Shown piece by piece: positions 19,868-30,230 of a stretch of DNA of 64,000 bases. The notes below the pieces were generated by a model. That model did no database searches. It saw only the letters and a list, made by a program, of their open reading frames with translations, and was not told where the DNA came from. The translations under genes and the position numbers were made by a program. The stretch comes from Candidatus Nanopelagicales bacterium (GTDB taxonomy: Bacteria; Actinomycetota; Actinomycetes; S36-B12; JAWKJK01), in assembly GCA_041393815.1 (NCBI GenBank), contig JAWKJK010000001.1:145058-209057 (forward strand), given 5' to 3'. Each line of letters starts with the position of its first letter. Positions within the stretch are counted from its first letter, which is position 1.

Positions 19868-19886
19868 CGAGCGTCCCGACCGGCGT

Positions 19887-23255
<3,369 letters not shown>

Positions 23256-23404
23256 GGGCGCTGCTCCCTCTCGTCCCTCGGCGGCATGGTCGTCCCTGGG
23301 CGCGGCGGGCGCCCCGAGGACCGAGGCTATTGCCGTCGGCGGCCGCACGCGGCCGGATCGGCGCAGCGGCCGCGGCGTCCGGCCGGGCACGGTAGGAAGG
23401 GCCC

Positions 23405-24367
23405 ATGCGCCTGGGCCTGACGATCCCGCTCGAGGGAATGCCGCCGGACGAGCTGCGGCGACTGGTGGAGTCCCTGCCCGACCTCGGCTACACCGACGCG
23501 TGGTCGATGGAGGTCGCCGGCACCGACGCGTTCACCCCGCTGGTGCTGGCCAGCCAGTGGGCACCGTCGCTGCGGCTCGGGACCGCGATCGTGCCCGTCC
23601 ACACCCGCGGGCCGGCCCTGATCGCACAGAGCTTCGCGGCGCTCGCGCAGGCCGCGCCGGGACGGGTCGCCGCCGGGATCGGGGCGTCCAGCCCGACGAT
23701 CGTCGAGGCCTGGAACGGGATCGCGTACGAGGAGCCCTACGCGCGGGTGCGCGACACGCTGCGGTTCCTGCGGCTGGCCTTCGCCGGCGGCAAGGTGGAC
23801 CTGGAGTCGCCGACGGTGCACGTGCGCGGGTTCCGTCCCGGGCTGGTGCCCGACCCGGCTCCCCCGATCCTGCTCGCCGCGCTGCGCAGCGGGATGCTCG
23901 CGCTGGCCGGCCGCGAGGCCGACGGCGCGATCCTCAACTGGCTGGCAGCCGACGACGTGCCGAAGGTGGCGGGGATCGTGCACGACGCCGCCGCCGGTGC
24001 CCCTCGCGAGATCGCGGCCCGCATCTTCGTGATCCCGACGGCGGACGCCGAGGTGGCCCGCGGGGTCGCCCGGTTCGCGATCGCCGCGTACCTCACGGTC
24101 GGGGCGTACGCGGCCTTCCACGAGTGGCTGGGCCGGGGCGACCGACTCGGTGAGACCTGGCGGCTGTGGGCCGCCGGCGAGCGTCGCGCCGCGGCCGCCG
24201 CCGTACCCGACTCCGTCGTGGACGAGCTGGTCGTGCACGGACCGCCCGAGGCCTGCCGCGAGCACGTGGCGGCGTACGTCGAGAACGGGGTGACGACCCC
24301 GGTCCTGGCCCTGCTGCCGGGCGGCTACGACGTCGCCGCGGCGGTCCGGGCGCTCGGGGCGCGCTGA
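23405..24367 (+). CDS. LLM-class F420-dependent oxidoreductase
   Basis: Luciferase-like monooxygenase pattern MRLGLTIPLEG...LGYTDAWSMEVAGTDAFTPL. AGGAAGG RBS. Confidence 0.8.
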   Translation: MRLGLTIPLEGMPPDELRRLVESLPDLGYTDAWSMEVAGTDAFTPLVLASQWAPSLRLGTAIVPVHTRGPALIAQSFAALAQAAPGRVAAGIGASSPTIVEAWNGIAYEEPYARVRDTLRFLRLAFAGGKVDLESPTVHVRGFRPGLVPDPAPPILLAALRSGMLALAGREADGAILNWLAADDVPKVAGIVHDAAAGAPREIAARIFVIPTADAEVARGVARFAIAAYLTVGAYAAFHEWLGRGDRLGETWRLWAAGERRAAAAAVPDSVVDELVVHGPPEACREHVAAYVENGVTTPVLALLPGGYDVAAAVRALGAR

Positions 24368-24393
24368 CCGGCGGGGAGCGGCAGGATCGGGGC

Positions 24394-24816
24394 ATGGATC
24401 TCACGACCGCGCTCGACTTCGTCCGCCCCCGGCACCGCGGCGTGCTGGTCACCCTCAAGGCCGACGGCCGCCCGCAGCTGTCCAACGTGATGTACGCCCT
24501 GGCCGACGACGGCGTGGTCCGCGTCTCCGTCACCGAGACCCGGGCGAAGACCGCCAACGCCCGTCGCGACCCGCGCGTCAGCCTGTACGTGACCGCCGAC
24601 GACTTCTGGTCCTACGCGGTGGTCGAGGGGGAGGCGGAGCTGACGCCGGCCGCGCGCGACCCGCAGGACCCGACCGTGCAGGAGCTGGTCTCGCTGTACC
24701 GGGAGATCAGCGGCGAGCATCCCAGCTGGGACCAGTACCGGTCGGCGATGGTGGCCGACCGTCGGCTCGTGCTGCGACTGCGCCCGACCTACGCCTACGG
24801 GATGCTCCAGGGCTGA
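24394..24816 (+). CDS. PPOX-class (pyridoxamine 5'-phosphate oxidase family) probable F420-dependent enzyme
   Basis: Trimmed to the ATG at 24394 (MDLTTALDFVRPRHRGVLVTLKADGRPQLSNVMY...RDPRVSLYV), about 140 aa, typical of this family. Confidence 0.8.
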   Translation: MDLTTALDFVRPRHRGVLVTLKADGRPQLSNVMYALADDGVVRVSVTETRAKTANARRDPRVSLYVTADDFWSYAVVEGEAELTPAARDPQDPTVQELVSLYREISGEHPSWDQYRSAMVADRRLVLRLRPTYAYGMLQG

Positions 24817-25125
24817 CCGCGGGCGCGACACGCGCTACTCCAAGATCGCCGAAAAGTCACGTCCCGCAAGGCCTTGTGGTCGTGTCCGCCCCCCTGTTAG
24901 AACTCGTACACCTCGCCGGAGACGGCGAGGGTCGGGACGGTGACAGAGGTCCTGTCCGCGGGCCGGACCCGCGGGGCTGCGGTGCCACGCAGCCGGACCC
25001 CGATCCGGTCCGAGGTCCGAGAACGGCCTGCGCCTGCGCCGCGGCGACGCGGCGTCGGGGCCCGTCCGGGAGGCACCCCGGCCGGTCCCGCCCGACCCGT
25101 CGGGCGGGCGTGCCGGACGGACCGG

Positions 25126-25162
25126 GTGGGACCCCTCGACCTCATACGTCGAGGGGTCCCAC
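25126..25162 (+). promoter_or_regulatory. Perfect 15-bp stem-loop enclosing the putative Shine-Dalgarno of the downstream ORF
   Basis: gtgggacccctcgac-ctcatac-gtcgaggggtcccac. GAGGGG (25151-25156) lies in the 3-prime arm and the ATG at 25165 follows 2 nt after the stem. Confidence 0.4.
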
Positions 25163-25164
25163 GC

Positions 25165-25629
25165 ATGTCCGGGCAGGATGGTGACGTGACCGCCCCCTCC
25201 GCCCCGAGCCGGCTGTCGACCGAGCTGGCCGCCGCGCTGAAGGCGGCCGGGCTGCGCTGGGTGCCGGCCAGCGGCGACCAGTTCGTGCTCCCGGACCGCG
25301 ACCTCGACCACCTGGTGTTCGTGCTCAGCGACATGACCGTGGACGTGCAGGACGTGCCCAGTGGCCGCGTCATCGGCTTCAACGGCACCGTGGAGTGGGC
25401 GCTGGACAGCGTCGAGATCGACGAGGCGCTGTGGCTGCCCCGCGAGGACGCGCTGCGCGAACTGCTCGGGGAGGCGTTCCGGTCGCTGCGCCGGACGTCC
25501 GACGGGTATGCGGTCACCGCGGAGACCTCGGACGGAGTGGCCCGCGTCGGGGTCGCCGCGTCGGCGGTCGACGCGTACGCCCGGGCCCTGCTCGCGGTGG
25601 GGGTGCCGCCCGCGCGACCGGGGGGCTAG
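25165..25629 (+). CDS. Hypothetical protein
   Basis: Coding-like composition from MSGQDGDVTAPS onward. The upstream part of track ORF 24940..25629 is Arg/Pro junk. An alternative GTG start lies at 25186. No family recognised. Confidence 0.5.
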   Translation: MSGQDGDVTAPSAPSRLSTELAAALKAAGLRWVPASGDQFVLPDRDLDHLVFVLSDMTVDVQDVPSGRVIGFNGTVEWALDSVEIDEALWLPREDALRELLGEAFRSLRRTSDGYAVTAETSDGVARVGVAASAVDAYARALLAVGVPPARPGG

Positions 25630-26837
25630 CGCTGGGGTCGGCCGTCGCCCGGCTGGGCCACGTCCGGGTCCGGCGGCGCGTCCCCGATCCCCGGCGGGAT
25701 GACCGCGCCGTCCTCGATCTGCTTCGACAGGTGCAGCCGGGCCAGGAACGCCTGCTCGCTGAGCACCCCGGAGCCCGCCGCCCTGGCAATGGCGTCCCCA
25801 CCGCGGCCGCGCAGGAGGTAGGCGAAGCCCACCGCGATCAGCGCGCCGGTCAGCGGCCCGACGACGTACACCCAGAAGGCGGTCCAGTTGCCGCTCACCA
25901 GGGCCGGCCCGAACGAGCGGGCGGTGTTCATCGAGGTGCCGCTCACCGGCGCGGACCACAGACCGGCCAGGGCGATGTAGCCACCGACCCCGACCGCGGC
26001 GATCGCGCCCACGTTCTGCGCGGCCGAGGCGGTCCCGAGGATGACGCTCAGCAGCCCCACCGTCGTGACGATCTCCATGAGCAGCGCCTGGCCGGCGTCG
26101 TACCCGGGGCCGGGGACCGTCCCGCCGAGGCCCTCGACGTTGCCGAAGACCGCCAGCAGGAACAGGCACGCCAGCGTGGCCCCGAGCAGCTGGGTCGCGA
26201 TGTAGCCGGGCACCCGTCGCCAGGGGAAGTCGCCGCGCAGTGCGAACGCCAGCGAGACGCCGGGGTTGAGGTGGGCGCCGGAGACCGCACCCATGAACAG
26301 GATGATGGACATCACCATGAGCCCGGGGGCGACCACGGCGGCGGCCAGGCTGATCTGGCCCAGTGCGTGCAGCAGCCCGCCACCGGCGGCCGCCAGCACC
26401 AGCAGGAAGGTGCCGAACAGCTCCGAGAACAGTCGCCGCCACTCCTGCCGCGGGTCGTCGAAGTCGCGCGGGTCGCCGAACTCGAGCATGAGCAGGTGGT
26501 GGGTGCGGGCCAGCCCCGGCAGCACCGGCGTCGCCGGGGCCGTGGGGTCCGGGGCCGTGGGGTCCGGGGCCGTGGGGTCCGGGGCCGTGGGGTCCGGGGC
26601 CGTGGGGTCCGGGGCCGTGGGGTCCGGGGCCGCCGGCCCGTTCGCGGCGGGCCCGCTGCCGGCCGGCCCGGTTGCGCCGAGCCGGCTCGCCGTCGACGCG
26701 GGTGCGCCGGGGATGGTCGCCGCCGGACCGCCATGCAGGATCTGCGCCTCGGTCGGACCGGGCTGTCCCACCGCCGGGTCCTGACCCGGGTCCCGCGGGT
26801 GGGACGAGGCCCGCTCGCCCTGTTGTTCGTCCGCCAT
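25626..26837 (-). CDS. MIP/aquaporin family channel with long disordered N- and C-terminal extensions
   Basis: Trimmed to the ATG at 26837 (MADEQQGER...). Six-TM MIP core with half-helix boxes HLNPGVS and SMNTARS in place of the NPA motifs. Confidence 0.85.
   Translation of the reverse strand: MADEQQGERASSHPRDPGQDPAVGQPGPTEAQILHGGPAATIPGAPASTASRLGATGPAGSGPAANGPAAPDPTAPDPTAPDPTAPDPTAPDPTAPDPTAPATPVLPGLARTHHLLMLEFGDPRDFDDPRQEWRRLFSELFGTFLLVLAAAGGGLLHALGQISLAAAVVAPGLMVMSIILFMGAVSGAHLNPGVSLAFALRGDFPWRRVPGYIATQLLGATLACLFLLAVFGNVEGLGGTVPGPGYDAGQALLMEIVTTVGLLSVILGTASAAQNVGAIAAVGVGGYIALAGLWSAPVSGTSMNTARSFGPALVSGNWTAFWVYVVGPLTGALIAVGFAYLLRGRGGDAIARAAGSGVLSEQAFLARLHLSKQIEDGAVIPPGIGDAPPDPDVAQPGDGRPQR
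26536..26625 (-). repeat. Six perfect 15-bp tandem units encoding (PDPTA)6 in the aquaporin N-terminal tail
   Basis: ggggccgtggggtcc x6 read directly, followed by one degenerate unit. Confidence 0.95.
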
Positions 26838-26973
26838 GGCCGACTCCCCTCGCCCCGGGGCGCGGGCGCCGCAGCACCCTGCCCGGTTGCGGAGGCTACG
26901 ACGCTGCGGTGCCGGTGTCGCTCCGGGCGCGCCGGATCCCCGGATCCACCGCTGGCCCCGTCCCCCTCGCACC

Positions 26974-27026
26974 GGTGGAACCTTGGGCCAGCCTGGCGGC
27001 CCCCGCGGGTGGTCCGAGGTTCCACC
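26974..27026. repeat. GGTGGAAC...GTTCCACC palindromic element, copy A (divergent)
   Basis: ggtggaaccttgggcca ... tggtccgaggttccacc. 17-bp arms with two G-U positions, in the aquaporin/TetR divergent spacer. Confidence 0.6.
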
Positions 27027-27125
27027 AGGGGTGGCTGGTGGGGCGGGCGGAGCGGGTGGAGCGGGCGGAGCGGCGGCTCCGCCCGCGGCGCTCCCGCCCC
27101 TCACCCGGGTCCGACCGACCGGGGC

Positions 27126-27164
27126 TTGACACGGTAGTGATTGACCACTAACTTCCTCGCCATG
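27126..27164 (+). promoter_or_regulatory. Putative promoter of the TetR gene (-35 TTGACA, 17-nt spacer, -10 TAACTT) with an embedded inverted repeat; probably a leaderless transcript
   Basis: TTGACA at 27126-27131 and TAACTT at 27149-27154. The ATG at 27162 lies 7-8 nt after the -10. TAGTG-N6-CACTA (27135-27150) sits in the spacer. Confidence 0.45.
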
Positions 27165-27707
27165 GCCAGGATGACCGCGGACGAGCGACGGGAGTCGGTG
27201 CTGCGCGCCGCGGCACCGGAGTTCGCCCTCGGCGGGCTGGCCGGCACCAGCACCGAGTCCATCGCCCGCCGGGCCGGGGTGAGCCAGCCCTACCTGTTCC
27301 GGCTGTTCCCCACCAAGAAGGCGCTGTTCCTGGCCTCGGCCGAGCGGACCTTCGCCCGGGTGGAGCAGGCCTTCCGCGACGCCGCCGACGGCCGGACCGG
27401 CCGCGAGGCGCTGGATGCGATGGCCCTGGCGTACGCCGGACTGCTGCAGGACCGCGACCTGCTGCTGCACCAGCTGCAGGCGTACGCCGCCTGCGACGAC
27501 CCGGAGGTCCGCGACGTGACCCGGGCCGCGTACGGCCGACTGTGGCTGATGGTGCAGGAGACCACCGGTGTCCCCGAGGACGAGGTCCGGTCGTTCTTCG
27601 CCATGGGGATGCTCATGAACGTCATCGCCGCGATGGACCTCGACCACCTCGACGCGCCGTGGGCCCAGGCCTGCCTGCCCCCGCCCGTCCCGCCGCGCAC
27701 GACCTGA
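27162..27707 (+). CDS. TetR/AcrR family transcriptional regulator
   Basis: N-terminal HTH LAGTSTESIARRAGVSQPYLFRLFPTKKALF. The TTG start at 27141 in the track lies inside the predicted promoter. Confidence 0.85.
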   Translation: MARMTADERRESVLRAAAPEFALGGLAGTSTESIARRAGVSQPYLFRLFPTKKALFLASAERTFARVEQAFRDAADGRTGREALDAMALAYAGLLQDRDLLLHQLQAYAACDDPEVRDVTRAAYGRLWLMVQETTGVPEDEVRSFFAMGMLMNVIAAMDLDHLDAPWAQACLPPPVPPRTT

Positions 27708-27753
27708 CCTGACCCTCGTTCCCGAGCACCCGCGCAGCCCTGCGCAGCCAAGT

Positions 27754-27775
27754 TAGTGATCAGTCAGTACTCACT
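27754..27775 (+). promoter_or_regulatory. Second TAGTGAT-containing imperfect inverted repeat upstream of the MFS gene
   Basis: tagtgatcagtcagtactcact (AGTGA ... TCACT). It shares TAGTGAT with the site at 27135 and is AT-rich relative to its surroundings. Confidence 0.35.
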
Positions 27776-27789
27776 GGGAGGAACCCATC

Positions 27790-29220
27790 ATGACCGACCG
27801 ACGCGGGGTGGTGTGGACGTTCGTGGTGACGTCCCTCGCCGCCTTCATGGTCTCGCTGGACAACCTGGTCGTGACGACGGCGCTGCCGTCGATCCGCACC
27901 GAGCTCGACGCCGGGCTGGAGGGCCTGGAGTGGACCGTCAACGCCTACACGCTCACGTTCGGCGTGCTCCTCATGACCGGCGCGACCCTCGGCGAACGGT
28001 TCGGCCGGCGCCGGGTGCTGGCGATCGGCCTGGCGGTGTTCACCGCCGCGTCGGCGGCGGCCGCGCTCGCCCCGAGCATCGAGTGGCTCGTGCTGGCGCG
28101 GGCCGTCCAGGGGGCCGGCGGGGCGCTGGTGCTCCCGCTCACGCTGACCCTGCTCAGCGCCGCGGTCCCGCCGCAGCGCCGCGGCGCCGCCCTCGGGGTG
28201 TGGGGCGCCGTGAACGGCGTGGCGGTCGCGCTCGGCCCGCTGGTCGGCGGTGCCGTGGTGGAGGGTCTGGCCTGGCAGTGGATCTTCTGGATCAACGTGC
28301 CGATCGGCATCGCCCTGCTCCCCGTGGTGCTGCGCCGCCTGCCGCACTCCCTCGGCGTGCCCCGGTCCCTCGACCTGCCGGGTCTGGCGCTGGTGACCGC
28401 CGGCCTGCTCGGCATCGTGCTGGGCCTGGTCCGCGGCAATGCGCACGGCTGGACCAGCGCCACCGTGCTGCTGCCCATGCTGGCCGGTGGGCTCCTGCTC
28501 GCCGGGTTCGTGGCCTGGGAGCTGCGGGCGAAGGAGCCGATGCTGCCGATGGGGATGTTCCGCAGCCGCGGGTTCGCGGTCTCCAACGTGGTGTCGCTGC
28601 TGTTCAGCTTCGGGATGTTCGGCTCGATCTTCCTGCTCGCGCAGTACCTGCAGACCGTCCAGGGCTCGTCCCCGCTCGAGGCCGGGCTGAAGACGCTGCC
28701 GTGGACGGCGATGCCGCTGCTCGTGGCACCGCTGGCAGGACCGCTGTCCGACCGCATCGGCGGCCGGCCGATCCTGGCCACCGGCCTGGCGCTGCAGGCC
28801 ATCGGACTGGGCCTGCTGGCGACGTCGATGACGCCGACGACCGGCTACTCGGCGATGGTGCCGGCGTTCGTGCTGTCCGGCCTGGGCATGGGCATGGTGT
28901 TCGCCCCGCTGGCCAACGAGGTGCTCGGCAGCGTCGACCGCAGTCTGGAGGGGGTCGCCTCCGGAGCGAACAATGCGATCCGCGAGGTCGGCGGCGTGCT
29001 GGGCGTGGCCATCCTGGCGGCCGTGTTCGCCGGCCAGGGCGGGTACGCCAGCCCGCAGACCTTCGTCGACGGGACCGTGCCGGCGGTCTGGGTCGGGGCA
29101 GCGGTCGTGGCGGTGGGCGCGGTGGCCGCGCTGGCGCTGCCGCGCCGCCGGCGGACCCCGCAAGCCGAGCCGGTCGTCGACCTGCGCACCCAGCCGGCCC
29201 CCGTGCCCGTCCCGGCCTGA
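27790..29220 (+). CDS. MFS transporter, DHA2 (EmrB/QacA-like, 14-TMS) family
   Basis: 476 aa. LDNLVVTTALPSI, GERFGRRRV and WQWIFWINVPIG are typical of DHA2 drug:H+ antiporters. GGGAGGA RBS. Confidence 0.9.
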   Translation: MTDRRGVVWTFVVTSLAAFMVSLDNLVVTTALPSIRTELDAGLEGLEWTVNAYTLTFGVLLMTGATLGERFGRRRVLAIGLAVFTAASAAAALAPSIEWLVLARAVQGAGGALVLPLTLTLLSAAVPPQRRGAALGVWGAVNGVAVALGPLVGGAVVEGLAWQWIFWINVPIGIALLPVVLRRLPHSLGVPRSLDLPGLALVTAGLLGIVLGLVRGNAHGWTSATVLLPMLAGGLLLAGFVAWELRAKEPMLPMGMFRSRGFAVSNVVSLLFSFGMFGSIFLLAQYLQTVQGSSPLEAGLKTLPWTAMPLLVAPLAGPLSDRIGGRPILATGLALQAIGLGLLATSMTPTTGYSAMVPAFVLSGLGMGMVFAPLANEVLGSVDRSLEGVASGANNAIREVGGVLGVAILAAVFAGQGGYASPQTFVDGTVPAVWVGAAVVAVGAVAALALPRRRRTPQAEPVVDLRTQPAPVPVPA

Positions 29221-29233
29221 CGCGCTCCCGCTG

Positions 29234-29285
29234 GTGGAACGTCCGACCCCGCGCTACCCCGGTGGCGCGGGGTCGGACGTTCCAC
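29234..29285. repeat. GTGGAAC...GTTCCAC palindromic element, copy B (perfect 21-bp arms)
   Basis: gtggaacgtccgaccccgcgc-taccccggtg-gcgcggggtcggacgttccac, 14 nt after the MFS stop. Confidence 0.8.
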
Positions 29286-29357
29286 AGGTGGCGGCCCGGG
29301 TGACCCGGGCGCAACATGGGATCTCCAGGCACGCGGACACGGAGGGACCGACGCCGG

Positions 29358-29765
29358 ATGGACCCGCTGAGACCGGTGCGCCGGCTGACCGGCGTCTACC
29401 ACGCCGACGGTGGGCTGCGGGGCGAGCTGGCGTACGTCGTCGGCAAGGCCCTCGGCCGGGCGCACTGCGCGCTGTGCGACGTCACGCACTCACCGGTGCG
29501 CCGCAAGCGGGAGTGGGACGCGTACGTCTCCGCCCTCGGCGTCCCGTTCGACCTGGTCCACCTCAACGAGCGCTCCCCCGCCGTGGCCGCGGCGACCGGG
29601 ATGGCGACACCCGCGGTCCTGGCCCACGTCCCGGGGGCGGGGCCCGCCGAGGACCTGGTGGTCGTCCTCGGCCCGGCGGACCTCGACACCGTGGGCGGGG
29701 ACGTGGCGGGCTTCGGGGCGGCGCTGGGCCGCGCCCTCGGCCGGGCGGGTCTGGCCCTGCCCTGA
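29358..29765 (+). CDS. Hypothetical protein with an HCxxCD motif
   Basis: Start set at the ATG at 29358 with GGAGGGA 10 nt upstream. MDPLRPVRRLTGVYHADGGLRGELAYVVGKALGRAHCALCDVTH... No family recognised. Confidence 0.5.
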   Translation: MDPLRPVRRLTGVYHADGGLRGELAYVVGKALGRAHCALCDVTHSPVRRKREWDAYVSALGVPFDLVHLNERSPAVAAATGMATPAVLAHVPGAGPAEDLVVVLGPADLDTVGGDVAGFGAALGRALGRAGLALP

Positions 29766-29803
29766 CACGCGCAGCCGCGCGCGGGTCCGCGCGACTGCAC
29801 CCG

Positions 29804-29859
29804 TCGCGACTGTGACGTCGCGACTGTGACGTTGCGACTGTGACGTTGCGACTGTGACG
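29804..29859 (+). repeat. Four tandem 14-bp units (T[C/T]GCGACTGTGACG), plus one degenerate unit upstream
   Basis: Direct reading; begins 38 nt after the stop at 29763-29765. Confidence 0.9.
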
Positions 29860-29895
29860 TTGTGCCGAGACACGCCGGCGTGTCTCGGCACAACG
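29858..29895. repeat. Perfect 38-nt palindrome (possible bidirectional terminator)
   Basis: cgttgtgccgagacacgc|cg|gcgtgtctcggcacaacg. The mirrored track ORFs both start MPRHAGVSRHN. Confidence 0.85.
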
Positions 29896-29970
29896 ACACC
29901 CTCGTGGTGACCCGTGGGACTCCTGGGACTGCCGGCCGAAGCAGCGGCGGCGGACGACCCGGCACCGCCG

Positions 29971-30033
29971 CCACTGGTGGAACGTCGGACCCGCCTTCCG
30001 GCGGGTCCGCGTGGTCAGGGGTTCCACCGGTGG
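29971..30033. repeat. GGTGGAAC...GTTCCACC palindromic element, copy C
   Basis: ccactggtggaac ... gttccaccggtgg with an internal perfect hairpin cggacccgcc-ttcc-ggcgggtccg. The left arm GTGGAACGTCGGACCC is close to copy B. Confidence 0.7.
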
Positions 30034-30081
30034 GAACGGAAGGGGTGCGCGGGACCCGCGGGGTTCGCGGGGCAGACCGAC

Positions 30082-30230
30082 CGGGGTACCGGGTCACCGG
30101 CGGGCGCCGCCGGTCAGCACTCGGGGTACTGGGTCACCGGCGGGCGCCGCCGGTCAGCACTCGGGGTACTGGGTCACCGGCGGGCGCCGCCGGTCAGCAC
30201 TCCCCGGTCAGCACTCGGGGTACCCCGTCA
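30082..30230 (-). repeat. Three full 40-bp tandem units plus partial units, ending on the stop codon of the ADP-ribosylglycohydrolase gene
   Basis: cggggtac[c/t]gggtcaccggcgggcgccgccggtcagcact at 30082, 30122 and 30162. Each unit contains an 8-bp stem (accggcgg-gcg-ccgccggt). The last partial unit is homologous to the gene end, ggggtaccccgtca(stop). Confidence 0.9.

Noticed and set aside
24897-24950. Possible small peptide or RiPP-like ORF ending ...TVPTLAVSGEVYEF-TAA on the minus strand
   Set aside because: The last 16 codons look coding-like and the TAA stop is unusual. However, there is no in-frame ATG/GTG/TTG within about 190 codons upstream, and that upstream stretch is Arg-rich junk. 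Without a start codon it cannot be supported.
27141-27161. TTG start codons from the track at 27141 (TetR) and 44650 (secreted hydrolase)
   Set aside because: Both fall inside AT-rich promoter/operator sequence (between the -35 and the -10, or in the MarR-side inverted repeat). Better starts exist downstream: a leaderless ATG at 27162, and a GTG at 44767 with GGAGG upstream.
25626-27647. 673-aa track ORF extending the aquaporin gene across the TetR promoter and gene
   Set aside because: The extension is antisense to the TetR coding sequence and of junk composition. The ATG at 26837 gives a plausible, if long, N-terminal tail.
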